DNA of 64,000 nucleotides from Cetorhinus maximus. Lineage: Eukaryota. The stretch's first letter is position 1. Each line of letters opens with the position of its first letter. The translations under genes were made by a program, and so were the position numbers. A model generated the notes under the pieces. That model was not told the DNA's origin, did no database searches, and saw only the letters and a list, made by a program, of their open reading frames with translations. Positions 49,211-61,645 of this stretch are shown here, piece after piece. The stretch covers positions 60,636,001 to 60,700,000 of the forward strand of contig NC_135884.1 in NCBI RefSeq assembly GCF_964194155.1, in the 5' to 3' direction.

Positions 49211-51059
49211 TCCGCACACGTCACCTATCACGTCCACCGCCAGCTGGGAAAATTCCACCCATAGTCAATGGATGGGAATTTAAAGTGTGTACTTAAGCCA
49301 TACAAAGCAGACACATCCGGAGTTCCATCTCTGGTCTACACTGGCTTAATTGCTGGGGTAGTAAGAAGCATGGCCCCTAGTGAGGTGGGAAAAAATCAGT
49401 CAGGATCCCTGTACCCAACCACCTGCTGAGGATGTACATCCAGATGTGAGATAAAGACATAATTAGACAAAGTCGTGCTGGTCCGAGAGATGAACAACCT
49501 GCTGACACTCACTGTCTAGGCTCACATTGGGCAAGGTATTCTTAAGGCAACTAACGTCACTGGATCAGTGAGTCTGTTCCAGTGTGTCACATGTGGGAAT
49601 AGAGAGTAAAGAGGAAAATTGGTGAGAATAAATGTTTTCAAAGTACATAAAAGATGTGAGATAAAAATAAAACAGGGTGAATCACAAACACACAAAGGTT
49701 TTGAAAATGGAGCAAAAACAGTCCATGGAAGCTCATAAACTACACTTATACACTACAGTCACTGAGCATTCAGTCATTCATTGTACAAAGTGTTTTGAGA
49801 AGCATTAGTAATGCTGATCTATATAAATCAGACTGCTACTTCAAAGGTAGTTATGTTTTGTATCATCATATATTTTTTGTTATGAGGAAAAGATTGAAGA
49901 TGAATTAGATCCTTGCAACTGTCCTCATCTTCTTATTTTAATTGAGGCCATGTGCAAAAGAATGGTGCGGAATTTGTCTATTGTCACTCGATGGACCCGA
50001 ATCATTTGGTTGACGCTCCGTAATTAGACAGTGTTTCCAACCATTGCTATTCACGTTAAGTGGTAAGAAAAAATTATATTACTTTAAATTGCTGGTTATT
50101 TTGAACAGTTTAATGTCACTGTTAAAGCATGAATGTGTTAGTTCTTATATTACTACTAATAATAATTTCTAGTCTCTGATTTTAAATTAAACGGATTGTT
50201 GTGCAACAGTATCTGATTGCTTACCCTTTCACTCTACTTACTGACTCTCTTTGCCTTGACAAAGAACTGTATTTGAATGAACCTGAAATTATACATCTTC
50301 AAGATGCCATCATGCTTCAACAATAGATGCAAACAAATCAATTAATTTTGGAATACACATTTAGAAAGGAGAGGTTATTTTAATTGTTGTTAATTCACTC
50401 CAGGTGATTAAGTGTCAAAGACATAGTTCACAGACTTCAGGATCGTACTTGCAAAACGATTTGACTGCAAGGTGAGCTGAGAAACTGACAGATGTCCTGT
50501 GGCATTACTCACAATCTGAAGGATTGCTGTGATGTCTGCCTGCTAACTTGTGCTGTGCTTTTTGGGGCAACTTCTCTAAGGGTCAATTTGGCACTATGGA
50601 GCTCTTGAGGCATTTTGTTGCGGCATGCGGTGGTGTGCTACACTGCCAGCTGTTTCTTGCATGGCACGGATACTGCATCCTCACGAGAAGATCCTATGAA
50701 GGTGCGCTATCCTGACATCATATACATCTCAAGCACCTGATATGTTAACAGGATATCTCATTTGGACCATCCAGGTCCAGGCAAAAAATTTGCACATCAC
50801 TCTGCAGTCAACAAGCACTGAACTGCAAGATAAGCCCTGCACCATCATCCCTTCAAAGACCAGGCACCCAAATTGCAGGTGAGGTAGTTTTCTCTTGCTG
50901 CCATTTCAAAATGGTTGGAAGTACTCTGGGGTGTTTTTAGAGGGGTTACTGTGTTCCTGGATTTGCCAAGTAGTGTTCCTTCATCCTCACAGGGAAGGGA
51001 GAGGATTAGGTGACCTGTCCACACAAAAGCTGCAATAATTAAGGTGGCCACAGTGCAGT

Positions 51060-51870
51060 GCCTCTGCATCTGCAGCATAACAGGGGGATGTGGCAGAGAC
51101 TATGGAGAGAGCAAGCTCAGTGTGGTGCCCTTTGCCAGCTTTGAGCCGGACTCCTCAATGTGCCTTGACAGTGATGGGAGGCTGAATGAAAGGCCAACCA
51201 CTGCATCCAACATCTCGGTGTGCGTGCCCAATCAGCATTCTCTTGCATGCCATATTGTTGAGGTCCTCCTCTGAGTCCTCTGTGGCTGAACTCATCTGAG
51301 ACCTCAGCCTCTGGTGAGCTTGCAAATGAACTAGCCACCTGGCCTGGCTGCAGCCCACTCGTGATGACTTATCACATCCTGATCCCAACTCCATACTTGC
51401 TGCTAGGGTACATGCAAGGTACATGAGCTGGTACTGGAGAGTGTCAGATAAAGTGACATGGCTTCTACATTATGTATTGTGCTGATGCTCTCTTTCCTCC
51501 TCCTGGAGCAGCTGTGGCTGGGCAAGTGGAAGTTTTGTCTGAAAACAGGAAATCAAAAGGGGAATTGGCCAGTGTGATGGAGGGGATTAGGATGGGAGGC
51601 AAGAGATCCATGATCACACCATCAGCAGCTTGCTCATCATGCTGCATAGCAGCATGAGAGTGTGCTGGGAGCTGAGAAGGGACATAAGGGCGGAACATAC
51701 TTTCATCATCAATGTTCTTAGTGACGCTGGATGCCACAAGCTCAGTCACTGCCAGCCTCATGATGCCAAGAGCCATTTTTTCCATAGCGTTCAGGAGATG
51801 CTGGTGTCTTTGTTGCTGGTCAGTTTTGCTCTACTCCTTCCTACCGTGCGCCATAGCAGCACTCTCACAT
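51060..51870 (-). pseudogene. Probable decayed Harbinger Myb-gene C-terminal remnants
   Basis: EDSEEDLNNMACKRMLIG..LEES-like and QHLLNAMEKMALGIMRLA segments resemble the exon 3 region at 46318-47200; GC-richer than flanks. Confidence 0.4.
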
Positions 51871-51889
51871 TTAAGTCAGAAGGTCCCGC

Positions 51890-52190
51890 TCTAGAGTAAA
51901 CTGCGAGGAGATGATGCACTATCAGAAGCGCTGTCTTTCATGTGAAACAATAAACTGAGCCTCTGTGGACATAAAAGATCCTAGAACATCATTTGGAAAA
52001 AGGGCAAGGGAGTTGCCCTGCCATCTTGGCCATTATTTATCCTTCAGCCAGCAGCATTAATCCAGTTTATTTGACCATTAATCTCATGACTGTTCATTGG
52101 ACCTAGCTGTGTGAAAATGGTCACTTTTTATTGGGATAGCCTGAAGTCATGAAAGGCACAATTTAAATTCAAGCTTTCTTTCTCTGTCTC
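51890..52190 (+). mobile_element. Degraded Deu-domain SINE
   Basis: gctgtctttcatgtgaaacaataaac..gtggacataaaagatcc..tcatgaaaggcacaatttaaattcaagctttctttc. Confidence 0.7.
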
Positions 52191-52338
52191 TTTCTTCTCT
52201 CATCTGCTTGTTTTTCCCTGTCTCTCTCATTCCTAACATACCGCTGAACATTTGAATTAATCTGAAATTTGAAATGTGGTCAACTTGAAGATGTCAACTG
52301 GCTAAATGTTTTGAAAGATAGAAAGTTATAATAACAAT

Positions 52339-53091
52339 GAGCGGAATGTAACATCGGCGATAGGGGTCTCACCCACTGGCTGGAGACCCAGCCAGAACCC
52401 TGCGTCATTTACATTCAGGAGGCCCCCCAAATTAAGTGCCAATTAGATACTTAACTGGGAAGCAGTGGATCTTCCCCAGGATCAAGGAGCCCAGGGGAAC
52501 ATGTCTCATTGCTCCTCTACCACCGCCCCCACTCAGAGAGTGGCCTGACAATCAGAGGCCCACAGCTGTGCATAGCTCAGCAGCACCTCAGGGGAGGTGG
52601 AGGCTGCTGTTTGTAATGCACCCACCAGAGACCCCGCATTGCTGATGATCCCAGGCTACAGATGAATGATACCAGTAAAAGTTGGGGGGATCACAGAGTG
52701 GGGGTTACAGGGGAGGGAGCGAGGAATCAGCAGCAAGGGCAGGAGGACGGTGGCTCTCAGTGCCTCCACCGCCCTGATGCTGGGTCCCTCGATCAAGCAC
52801 TGAGTGCCTGACAACGAGGGAGCCCTCCGCCGGATTTGCTTTTCAGGCCTCCTGCATGGTGAGTCCTCTGCCCACTGCTGGGCAAATGACAGCTGTGGTA
52901 GGATGAGGCCTTTAAGTGGGCACTAATTACCCACTTAAGGGCCTCAATTGGCCCACTACAAGCTTCCACATTCCGGACTTAATCAGGGCAGAGGAGAGAA
53001 GGCAACAGGGTCCCTACCTGCCGCCAAACTTCCCCGATTAAATGCCCTATGCTGCCAAACCTGCCTTGTGGGAGGACATAAAATTCCAACC
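52339..53091. mobile_element. Non-autonomous Harbinger-type MITE
   Basis: Termini gagcggaatgta / taaaattccaacc resemble the TIR at 45332 and 49260; subterminal inverted motifs aattaagtgccaattag / ttaagtgggcactaatt; no ORF. Confidence 0.6.
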
Positions 53092-53395
53092 AACGTAGCT
53101 GAATGATACAGTAGACTTTAGTGTAATATTCAACTATGTCAAGGATGTAATGGATGATAGAAGATTTGCCAACTGTTACACATGACTTCAATGGAGATGA
53201 AGGTCAGGTGGGGTGCATAACAAGTCATTCAACTTTGGCTGGAATACGACATGGAGGATAGTGGATAGGCTGTCCATTAATTACCCCACTATCCAGAACC
53301 TGAATGGAGATGAACAGCAAATGGGTTGTCCAAAACAAAAACAAATATACCTGGAAAAACTCAGCAGGTCTGGGAGCATCTGCGGAGAGGAACAC

Positions 53396-53434
53396 AGTTA
53401 ACGTTTCGAGTCTGAATGACCCTTCAACAGAACT
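53396..53434 (-). ncRNA. Penelope hammerhead motif with core substitution
   Basis: Minus strand agtt-CTGTTGA-a gggtc attca gactc-GAAA-cg-TT-aact; CUGAUGA changed to CUGUUGA. Confidence 0.6.
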
Positions 53435-53809
53435 AAGTAAAAATAGAAGAGAGTTGAAATATAAGCTGGTTTAAGGGGGGGTGGGACAAGTAGAGCTGGA
53501 TAGAGGGCCAGTGATAGGTGGAGATAACCAAAAGATGTCACAGACAAAAGGACAAAGAGGTGTTGAAGGTGGTGATATTATCTAAGGAATGTGCTAATTA
53601 AGGGTAGAAAGCAGGACAAGCAAGGTACAGATAGGCCTAATGAGGGTGGGGTGGGGTGAAGGAATCGAAATAGGCTAAAAGGTAGAGATAAAACAATGGA
53701 TGGAAATACATTTAAAAATAATGGAAATAGGTGGGAAAAGAAAAATCTATATAAATTATTAGGAAAAAAGAGGGGGGAATCGGAAAGGGGGTGGGGATGG
53801 AGGAGAGAG

Positions 53810-55568
53810 TTCATGATCTAAAATTGCTAACTCAATATTTAGTCCGGAAGGCTGTAAAGTGCCTAGTCGGAAGATGAGGGGCTGTTCCTCCAGTTTGCAT
53901 TGAGCTTCACTGGAACAATGCAGCAGGCCAAGGACGGACATGTGGGCATGAGAGCAGGGTGGAGTGTTGAAATGGCAAGCGACAGGGAGGTCTGGGTAAT
54001 GCTTGTGGACAGACCAAAGGTGTTCTGCAAAGCGGTCACCCAGTCTGCGTTTGGTCTCTCCAATGTAGAGGAAACCGCATTGGGAGCAATGAATGCAGTA
54101 GACTAAATTGAGGGAAGTGCAAGTGAAATGCTGCTTCACTTGAAAGGAGTGTTTGGGCCCTTGGACGGTGAGGAGAGAGGAAGTGAAGGGGCAGTTGTTG
54201 CACCTTCTGCGATTGCATGGGAAGGTGCCGTGGGAGGGGGTTGAGGTGTAGGGGGTGATGGAGGAGTGGACCAGGGTGTCCCGGAGGGAACGATCCCTGC
54301 GGAATGCCGCCAGGGAGGTGAAGGGAAGATGCGTTTGGTGGTGGCATCATGCTGGAGTTGGCGGAAGATGATCCTTTGAATGCGGAGGCTGGTGGGGTGA
54401 TAAGTGAGTACAAGGGGGACCCTATCATGTTTCTGGGAGGGAGAAGAAGGTGTGAGGGCGCATGCGAGGGAGAAGGACCAGACACAGTTGAGGGCCCTGT
54501 CAACCACCGTGGGTGGAAAACCTCGGTTAAGGAAGAAGGAAGACATGTCAGAGGAACTGTTTTTGAAAGTGGCATCATCAGAACAGATGCGACGGAAGCG
54601 AAGGAACTGAGAGAATGGGATGGAGTCCTTACGGGAAGTGGGGTGTGAGGAGCTGTAGTTGAGGTAGCTGTGGGAGTCAGTAGGCTTGTAATGGATATTG
54701 GTGGACAGTATATCACCAAAAATTGAGACAGAGAGGTCAAGGAAGGGAAGGGAAGTGTCAGAGATGGACCGTGTGGAAATGATGGAGGCGTGGAAATTGG
54801 AAGCAAAATTAATAAATTTTTCCAGGTCCAGACGAGAGCATGAAGCAGCACCGAAGTAATCATCGATGTACCGGAGAAAGAATTGTGGGAGGGGGCCGGA
54901 ATTGGACTGGAAATAGGAATGTTCCACATACCCCATAAAGAGACAGGCATAGCTGGGGCCCATGTGGGTACCCATAGCCACACCTTTTATTTGGAGGAAG
55001 TGAGAGGAGTTTAAGGAGAAATTGTTCGGTGTGAGAACAAGTTCAGCCAGACAGAGGAGAGTAGTGGTGGATGGGGATTGTTTGGGCCTCTGTTCGAGGA
55101 AGAAGCGGAGAGCCATCAGACCATCCCGGTGGGGGATTGAGGTGTAGAGGGATTGGACGTCCATGGTGAAGAGGAGGCGGTTGGGGCCAGGGAACCGGAA
55201 ATTATTGATATGATGTAGGGTGTCAGAGGAATCACGGATGTAGGTGGGAAGGGACTGGACAAGGGGAGAGAGAATGGAGTCGAGATAGCAAGAAATGAGT
55301 TCCGTGGGGCAGGAACAGGCTGACACGATCGGTCTGCCGGGACAGTCCTGTTTGTGGATTTTGGGTAGGAGGTAGAAGCGGGCCATCCGAGGTTGGGAGA
55401 CTGTCAGGTTGGAAGTTGTGGAAGGAAGATCTCCAGAAGAGATGAGGTCAGTAACAGTCCTGGAAACAATGGCTTGATGTTCAGTGGTGGGGTCATGGTC
55501 CAGGGGGAGGTAGGAGGAAGTGTCTGCGAGTTGACGCTCAGCCTCTGCGAGGTAGAGGTCAGTGCGCC
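53810..55568 (-). pseudogene. Penelope RT and GIY-YIG endonuclease (frameshifted linker)
   Basis: FYLLPKIHK..PGRPIVS..MDVQSLYTSI..GVAMG..GPSYACLFM..RYIDD; NLVYCIHCSQCGFLYIGETKRRLGDRFAEH. Confidence 0.95.
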
Positions 55569-58276
55569 ATGGGTTGTATAAATGTAGCAAATGGGTTCTA
55601 TAGTGGGTGAACAGTACCATTCATTTTGCACCCCCATCAAAGTTGAACTTACACCTTTAGATTCCTGCAATGGTGTCATACCAAAGTGCCATTTTTGGAC
55701 TTGCTTTTGCCTTATAAACTCCTGGCCCATCTCATAAATGAGAATTATGCACAGATATATGGAACTTGAACCTGCCAATGAGATTGTGGCATCACTTCCC
55801 AGAGCCAATATTTTTTGCTAAAATTTAAACTCTAGCACTCATCAAGGCGGGAGGCATCATGGCTGGGAAATGGAATTTGTCTTATGGCAACCATCCGACA
55901 CTTATGTCAGTATCCAACACTTCCAATCAAACATAACACTGCCAGGGAGGAATAGAGCTTCTTGTGTATTTCCCAACAAAATTCTTCAACCTCAGCCTGC
56001 AAAGAAGACTTCTGACTGCATCGCTGTGACATTTGCTTCCCATTTCTCACACCAGTCATCCTGTGGCAGCTCTCAATGAGATTTCAATTAATGGCAAATT
56101 AGGATTCTTCACATAATGTCGCTTTGCTTATCAAACTGCCTACCCACTGGGCACTCACATTCCAATTTTGTGCTGTTTGGAACTAGACTGAGTCTGTCCA
56201 AACACATTTGCCATTATACCTTTGCAGCCATCAGTCTTTAATCTGACCACTCAGATGGGATCTGAAATCAAGTTCCTGTCTAAAAGGTTACTGTTTAACC
56301 CACTTCCTTCCCCCAACCAGCAATTACTAATTCATAGAGAAAAACCCTTGCTTCTGAGTTTGACTTTGAAATTGTGAAATCCATACATTGCAAAGTTATT
56401 GGCAATGGCATAAGTCTATACAAATTGTTATTATAGATTAAAGCATATATTTTCATAAAGCACCATTTACAATAATCAGATTTCATTTTATATTGGTTTA
56501 CTTATGTACTGGTGAGCTCAGAAAGCATTATGGAAAGGTTTCATATCAACCTTTGGAGATGTCTCTGCAATATGAGATGATGATTAATAATTGAATATGG
56601 CAGAAATCAGGAGTTTAGGTCCAAGAATACAATATTAATTCAAAATAACGTGCCTGCATGATTTATTTCAACTGATAGAAATGGAATAGAGGAGTGGAGC
56701 AAAGAGGGTTCTTGGATGGCGATCAAATTTCTCTAAGCAAAGCTAGAGGCGCAAAGATTTGCCATCGCAGAGATTTGGAGGAGAGTCGGAAAAGTGGAAA
56801 GCAATAGTTTTTTTTTCATTGAATTGATTGCGGACAAGATACAAAAGATACAATTTCAGAATTTTGTGGCTACGGAATAGATTTCCTGAATTGGCACGTC
56901 CAGCACAGAACTTCGTGTAGCAGGAGCATATTTCGGGAATTCAAGTTTCAGGGGCTGTGCAATACAATGGAAAACTAGGTAGGGTATTGACTTTCAGGTG
57001 AAGCTCTCCCATTGTACAAAAGACAACACTAGGAGCATTAATTTATAAAATGTTCCCTTGTAAGCATTTGTTTAATGCCTTGTCCTTTCAGCTGGAGGCT
57101 CTCGGTTTCGATAAATCCTAGAATGACACTGCCATGTTGTCACCTTTGTTGGCTGTCAAATTCCTCAGTGAAGTTAAATGAGTACAAAAGGGAGAAAAGA
57201 ATAAAAAGATGTGTTGATAGGATGAGATTAAGATTGTGAGGAGGCTTGTGTCGAGTTTAAAACTGGCCTGGCTCTGTTGGGATGGATGGCCGGTTTCTGT
57301 GCTCTGTAAATACTTTTTAATACTTTGAAATAAATTTGGAGTGCTTTCTTATTTTCATTTCCTGCCCCCGGCCCCCCCTACCTTTCACAATTCCATGAGT
57401 GCTGCCAGCTCTCCAGTAGCGTGTGTTTATTGATAGTGTGTATTGGTTAGCTATTCAACCATAAATGGCATCACAGTGTGGTCTAATTCTGGCATCACCT
57501 ATGTGATCACAGGTTGATAGAAGAAATCTTTACTACTTTTTTTCCATGCACAAGCCACTGGTAACTGCCCCAGTTGAGGTGAGCAAACTTAGAATCGACC
57601 AAGAATGAATTTTGATTGGTAAAACTACACTGGCTACTTCAAAGACCCACTAGGCTGTTACTATTGCTGTTTGAAGTGATTCAGTTAGTGCCCAGTAGGT
57701 AGTCCAGTGCACAGACTTGCCCATAATTCATCATGTAGCTAGCTCATACAGGAAGTACCTTGACGCAGTATGGTGCGCACCGCTGCCATGGGACAGAATA
57801 AGTACAATGCTCAATCTAGCGCAATGCAGCCTCTGACCTTTACTGCCCTTCACTCAAACAGGTCTTACCAAGAGTAGAGAAATATTCTGTTTCTTAGCAC
57901 TGACATCCAAGCATCCTAATGAGCTAAAATATTCATCAAAAATTTAAGACGAAGAAAAAAAATTGTGAATGAAACCAAAACCATTCGGGGTCTCAGGGTT
58001 ACTGAGTTGTGAAGTCAGCTGTCACTGAGTAATCAGTCAATGGATCCTTTGAAGAGGAAAGGCATCTGATCACCATCTCACAGGGGTACAGAATATTACA
58101 AGCTTCAGATTATGAGATATTTTCATCATATCGGCCTAATACTATGAAAAAGCTGATTTGCATCACTGCAACACATATTTTGCTTAAAATTAATGATATC
58201 AACCATCCATTATTTGAATCACATTTTCGTTCTTTAGCTGTACTGTAGTATTCATAAGCATCACAAAGTTACTCAG

Positions 58277-58432
58277 GGGTAACATTTCTGTGGTATTTCT
58301 CTTCACCTCCCACTAGCACTTGATGGAAAATCTGCAGGAATCCTGGAGAATTGGTTATGTAATTTTGAAAGGACTTCTGCTATTCTTCTGTTGAAGTTAC
58401 AGCCGAGAGAAGCCTGAATGGAATTTCTACCC
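58277..58432. mobile_element. Short MITE-like imperfect palindrome
   Basis: gggtaacatttctg..cacttgatggaaaatctgcaggaatcc versus ggacttctgctattcttctgttgaagt..gaatttctaccc. Confidence 0.5.
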
Positions 58433-58764
58433 ACAAAACTTTAAAATGTGATGAAATAAATGGGGTGCCTTGTCAATGGATATGTGAGAGCAACATGGTT
58501 TTTTATGTGTTAATGGGGGTGTGAAGTTTAATCAATGGTAAGTGTAAATTTGGTTGTGTTAATGGTGACATGAGTTTGGATTGTGTTCGGTCAAGGAGAG
58601 AGAGATAGAAAAACAAATTGGTTAAAAAATATTCTAAAGGTGCTGTACAATGCTATGCCTTATTGGTATATCTAAAACTCAGCTATTTTAATGTGGGTGT
58701 TAACATATTTATTTGAAGGGAAATAGTCCTTCCACTTTTGTGTGTGTATGTGTATAATTGTGAG

Positions 58765-58950
58765 TCACTTGCCACAGAATTCCCAGCCCCTCACCTGCTC
58801 TTGTAACCACAATTTTTATGTGATTTGTCCAGTTAACTTTCTGGTCAATGGTGACTTTAAGAATGTTGGGAGATTGAACACAGTAATGCCATTGAATGTG
58901 AAGGAGAGGTGACTAGATGCTCTCTTGAGATGGACATTACTTGTCACTTG
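58765..58950 (-). mobile_element. Old LINE family B fragment
   Basis: acctgctcttgtaaccaca..tccagttaactttctggtcaatgg..gtaatgccattgaa matches 6435-6600. Confidence 0.75.
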
Positions 58951-61317
58951 TAATGCAGGTGGAAGAGGAAGAGAAAAAGAGATGGAAGAGGAAATAAACA
59001 TTTAAAACTGTTACATAAACAAAGTGCCTGTAGTTAGTGTTGGCTCCTGCTTAAGTCATATTATGGTCACATAATTATTAGTTGAACCCATAACCATGTA
59101 TTTGCTGGCACATCACAAAATCTCTCATGGAAGGTCTTCTCTTTGAAGTTATGTTTATTTATTATCAACTGCATTATACTCTTTTAGAAATAGAACAAAG
59201 CATTTTCCTCAACATACTATCTGAAACTTCAACACTGTAAGAAGCCTCAATTTCCAATATCTGAACAGGATGCAGAGTTGGAGGGTGAAATCAAATGGTT
59301 GCTATACAAGAGTCTGTTTATTAACTTCATTAATCAAACTTGTATAGATAACTAAAGATCAGCATTGCTTAGTGTTTTTCACTCTTAGACATTTCATTTT
59401 GGACTGTAGGAAATCTTCACAGTAAAATAATAACAGATTCATAATAAATCTTTAGAGTAATCTTCTGGGTAAGTATCTGGGCCAAAATAAAGCACATTTA
59501 GGGTAAAACATTGGTCGTTGAGTTGAGGAAGGCAATGGATAAGGATATGATCATGACGCATACAAATGTTACTGACATAAAGACTATCAGTTTGAATTTT
59601 GTATCGATCTTATTGAGCACTCTGCAATCAAGAGAATAACAGACATAATATAAATTATTAAGTTCATGCTCAAAAGTTCATAACTCCAGGCTGAAATGAA
59701 TTCTACAAAATTAAAAAATACAATTGAAATTGAATCTATCACCTCTGTTGGGATTCTCTTATGATTTTGATATAACATCTAATATTTCTATATTAATATG
59801 ACATTTATTAGCAATGGGACACCAATGACTTTTAGCATAATGGGAAATATTCTGATACCTCAGGCTTTTGGCTTCCAGTTTTGCATTTCAGTCAAAGGGA
59901 AAGGGAATTTATTTAAAAGCAAGCTCGGCGTGCGTAAGCATTGAGGAGCTTGATATGAATGTACAAAGAGTAATTAAACTTTTCCAAGTAGTTGATCCCA
60001 GCTGCATATAATTTCTTTTGTATTATGTGGGATACGGAGTCCAAAGGTTAATGGGCAGCAAGATGGAGCTGGGGATGAGATGACGGCTTGAGTCCTGAAG
60101 TTTGCTTTATTATTGATGAAAATTCAATCTCCTTAATGAGCTCAATAGGGGATGGCTGCATGTCACAAGAGACAGGAGAAAGCGGAATGAAAACTATTAT
60201 TCAGCAGACTGTTTAATATTGAAAGGGTGTAGGAAAAAGGATCTTTGCTCTTGCTGGAGTTCCATGCATGCACTTTGCAGTACTATTCTCTGGTCAGAAA
60301 GAGGATTCTTAGAAATGTTGAAATGTAACATTTAGTAATTGTTCCAAAATAAAAGGGGTAACAACCATCATGAAAGTTGTTTTTAAAACAGAGGCCCTGG
60401 CTACCATGGCGAATCTCATCCAGAATTGCCGAAAGTAACTACAATTGTCTTCAGTACCCTGGGTTAGGGAGTGCTGAAGCAAACTGCAGTCACATAATTG
60501 AACTGGCTGCTGAGGCATCCAATACAATTGCCTGAAAATTGTATCTCCTTTTTCATATCTTTAACCATCTTTTCCTTCTGTGTAAATGTAGCCACAAATA
60601 ACTGCAGTGAAATATGTTCAGCATACTTAGTCACAGCAGCTCATGATTAACCTAGTATTTTGATGTCTGGATCAGACACAGACAGACATGTGCACAACAG
60701 GATAGCAGCTGATATATTGAAAGATAGCACTTGCCTGAAAAATCTTCTCCTCTATGAATTAGAACATTATATGACAGGATTCAGGAGCCCACATGTTAAC
60801 CATCTCATTGTTCTGGCCATAAAAATATATGACAACCAAAATATGTTGAGATTGTACATTTTCTGATAAAAGGGAGTAATTAATAAAAACAAAATATTAA
60901 CTGTTAAGATTGATTAACTGACTGTAATGTGTCATGTGCTGTTAATGCTAAAAATCTGCTTCTGGTGAAGAATCTAATTATTATGCTGTTCTGGGACTGA
61001 GAGCAAATCATTACGTTTAGCTTGCCTTAGGAATGACAAAGAGAAATGGTGAATAACTTCATCTCTCCCATTTAATTTATTAACACGTTTAGTTTACTAA
61101 GTCTACGCCTGCAGCTTTCCAGGAATGTGTTAAATCCACACAATCTCTGTAAAATAGCCACAGTGAAAAGTACTTATTTCAGTTTTGACTTATTAACTGT
61201 TATTCACAACTTCCCTTGCATTGTTTTCCTGGCCATTGGTGCTCACTGAGGACGCAAAATGGAGGGAAGAACAAAATTGCCAGTCTAATCATCTGCTTGC
61301 ATATAGTGTCCATATTG

Positions 61318-61645
61318 TGGGAATGGTAGCATAGTGGTTGTGTTACAGGATGAGTAATTCAGAGTCCTGGACTAATAATCTAGAGACATGAGTTCAAATT
61401 CCACCATGGCAGCTGATGAATTTAAACTCAGTTCATTAAACAAATGTGGGATATAATGCTAGTGTTAGTGATGGTGACCATGAAACTACCAGGTTGATAT
61501 AAAAACACATCTGGTTCACTAACGCCCATTCAGAGAAGGAAATCTGCTGTCCTTATCCAATCTGGCCTACATGTGATTCCGGACCCACCGAAATGTGGTT
61601 GACTCTTAACTGCCCTCTGAAACGGCCTAGCAATTCACTCAGTTT
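61318..61645 (+). mobile_element. tRNA-derived SINE-like head and body contiguous with LINE family B 5' end
   Basis: A-box-like tagcatagtgg, B-box gagttcaaattcc, conserved body catctggttcactaa..gaaggaaatctgc..gtggttgactcttaactgccctctg. Confidence 0.8.

Larger units (their letters stand above)
45332..49260. mobile_element. Harbinger/PIF DNA transposon with both ends, rearranged and inactive
   Basis: TIRs gggctgaattttcccag / ctgggaaaattccaccc; 3-bp ATA TSD (45329-45331, 49261-49263); convergent Myb/SANT and transposase genes. Confidence 0.95.
53330..55568 (-). mobile_element. 5'-truncated Penelope-like retroelement
   Basis: RT plus GIY-YIG; 9-bp TSD atgggttgt (53321-53329 / 55569-55577); tail with hammerhead motif. 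Confidence 0.96.

Noticed and set aside
54036-54983. 315-aa overlapping ORF
   Set aside because: Ser/Pro-rich alternate frame of the C-rich Penelope RT strand; no domain signal
53759-55620. RT plus nuclease as a novel retron or defence system
   Set aside because: RT followed by GIY-YIG with TSD and 5' truncation is the standard Penelope-like element; the ORF start at 55620 is host flank
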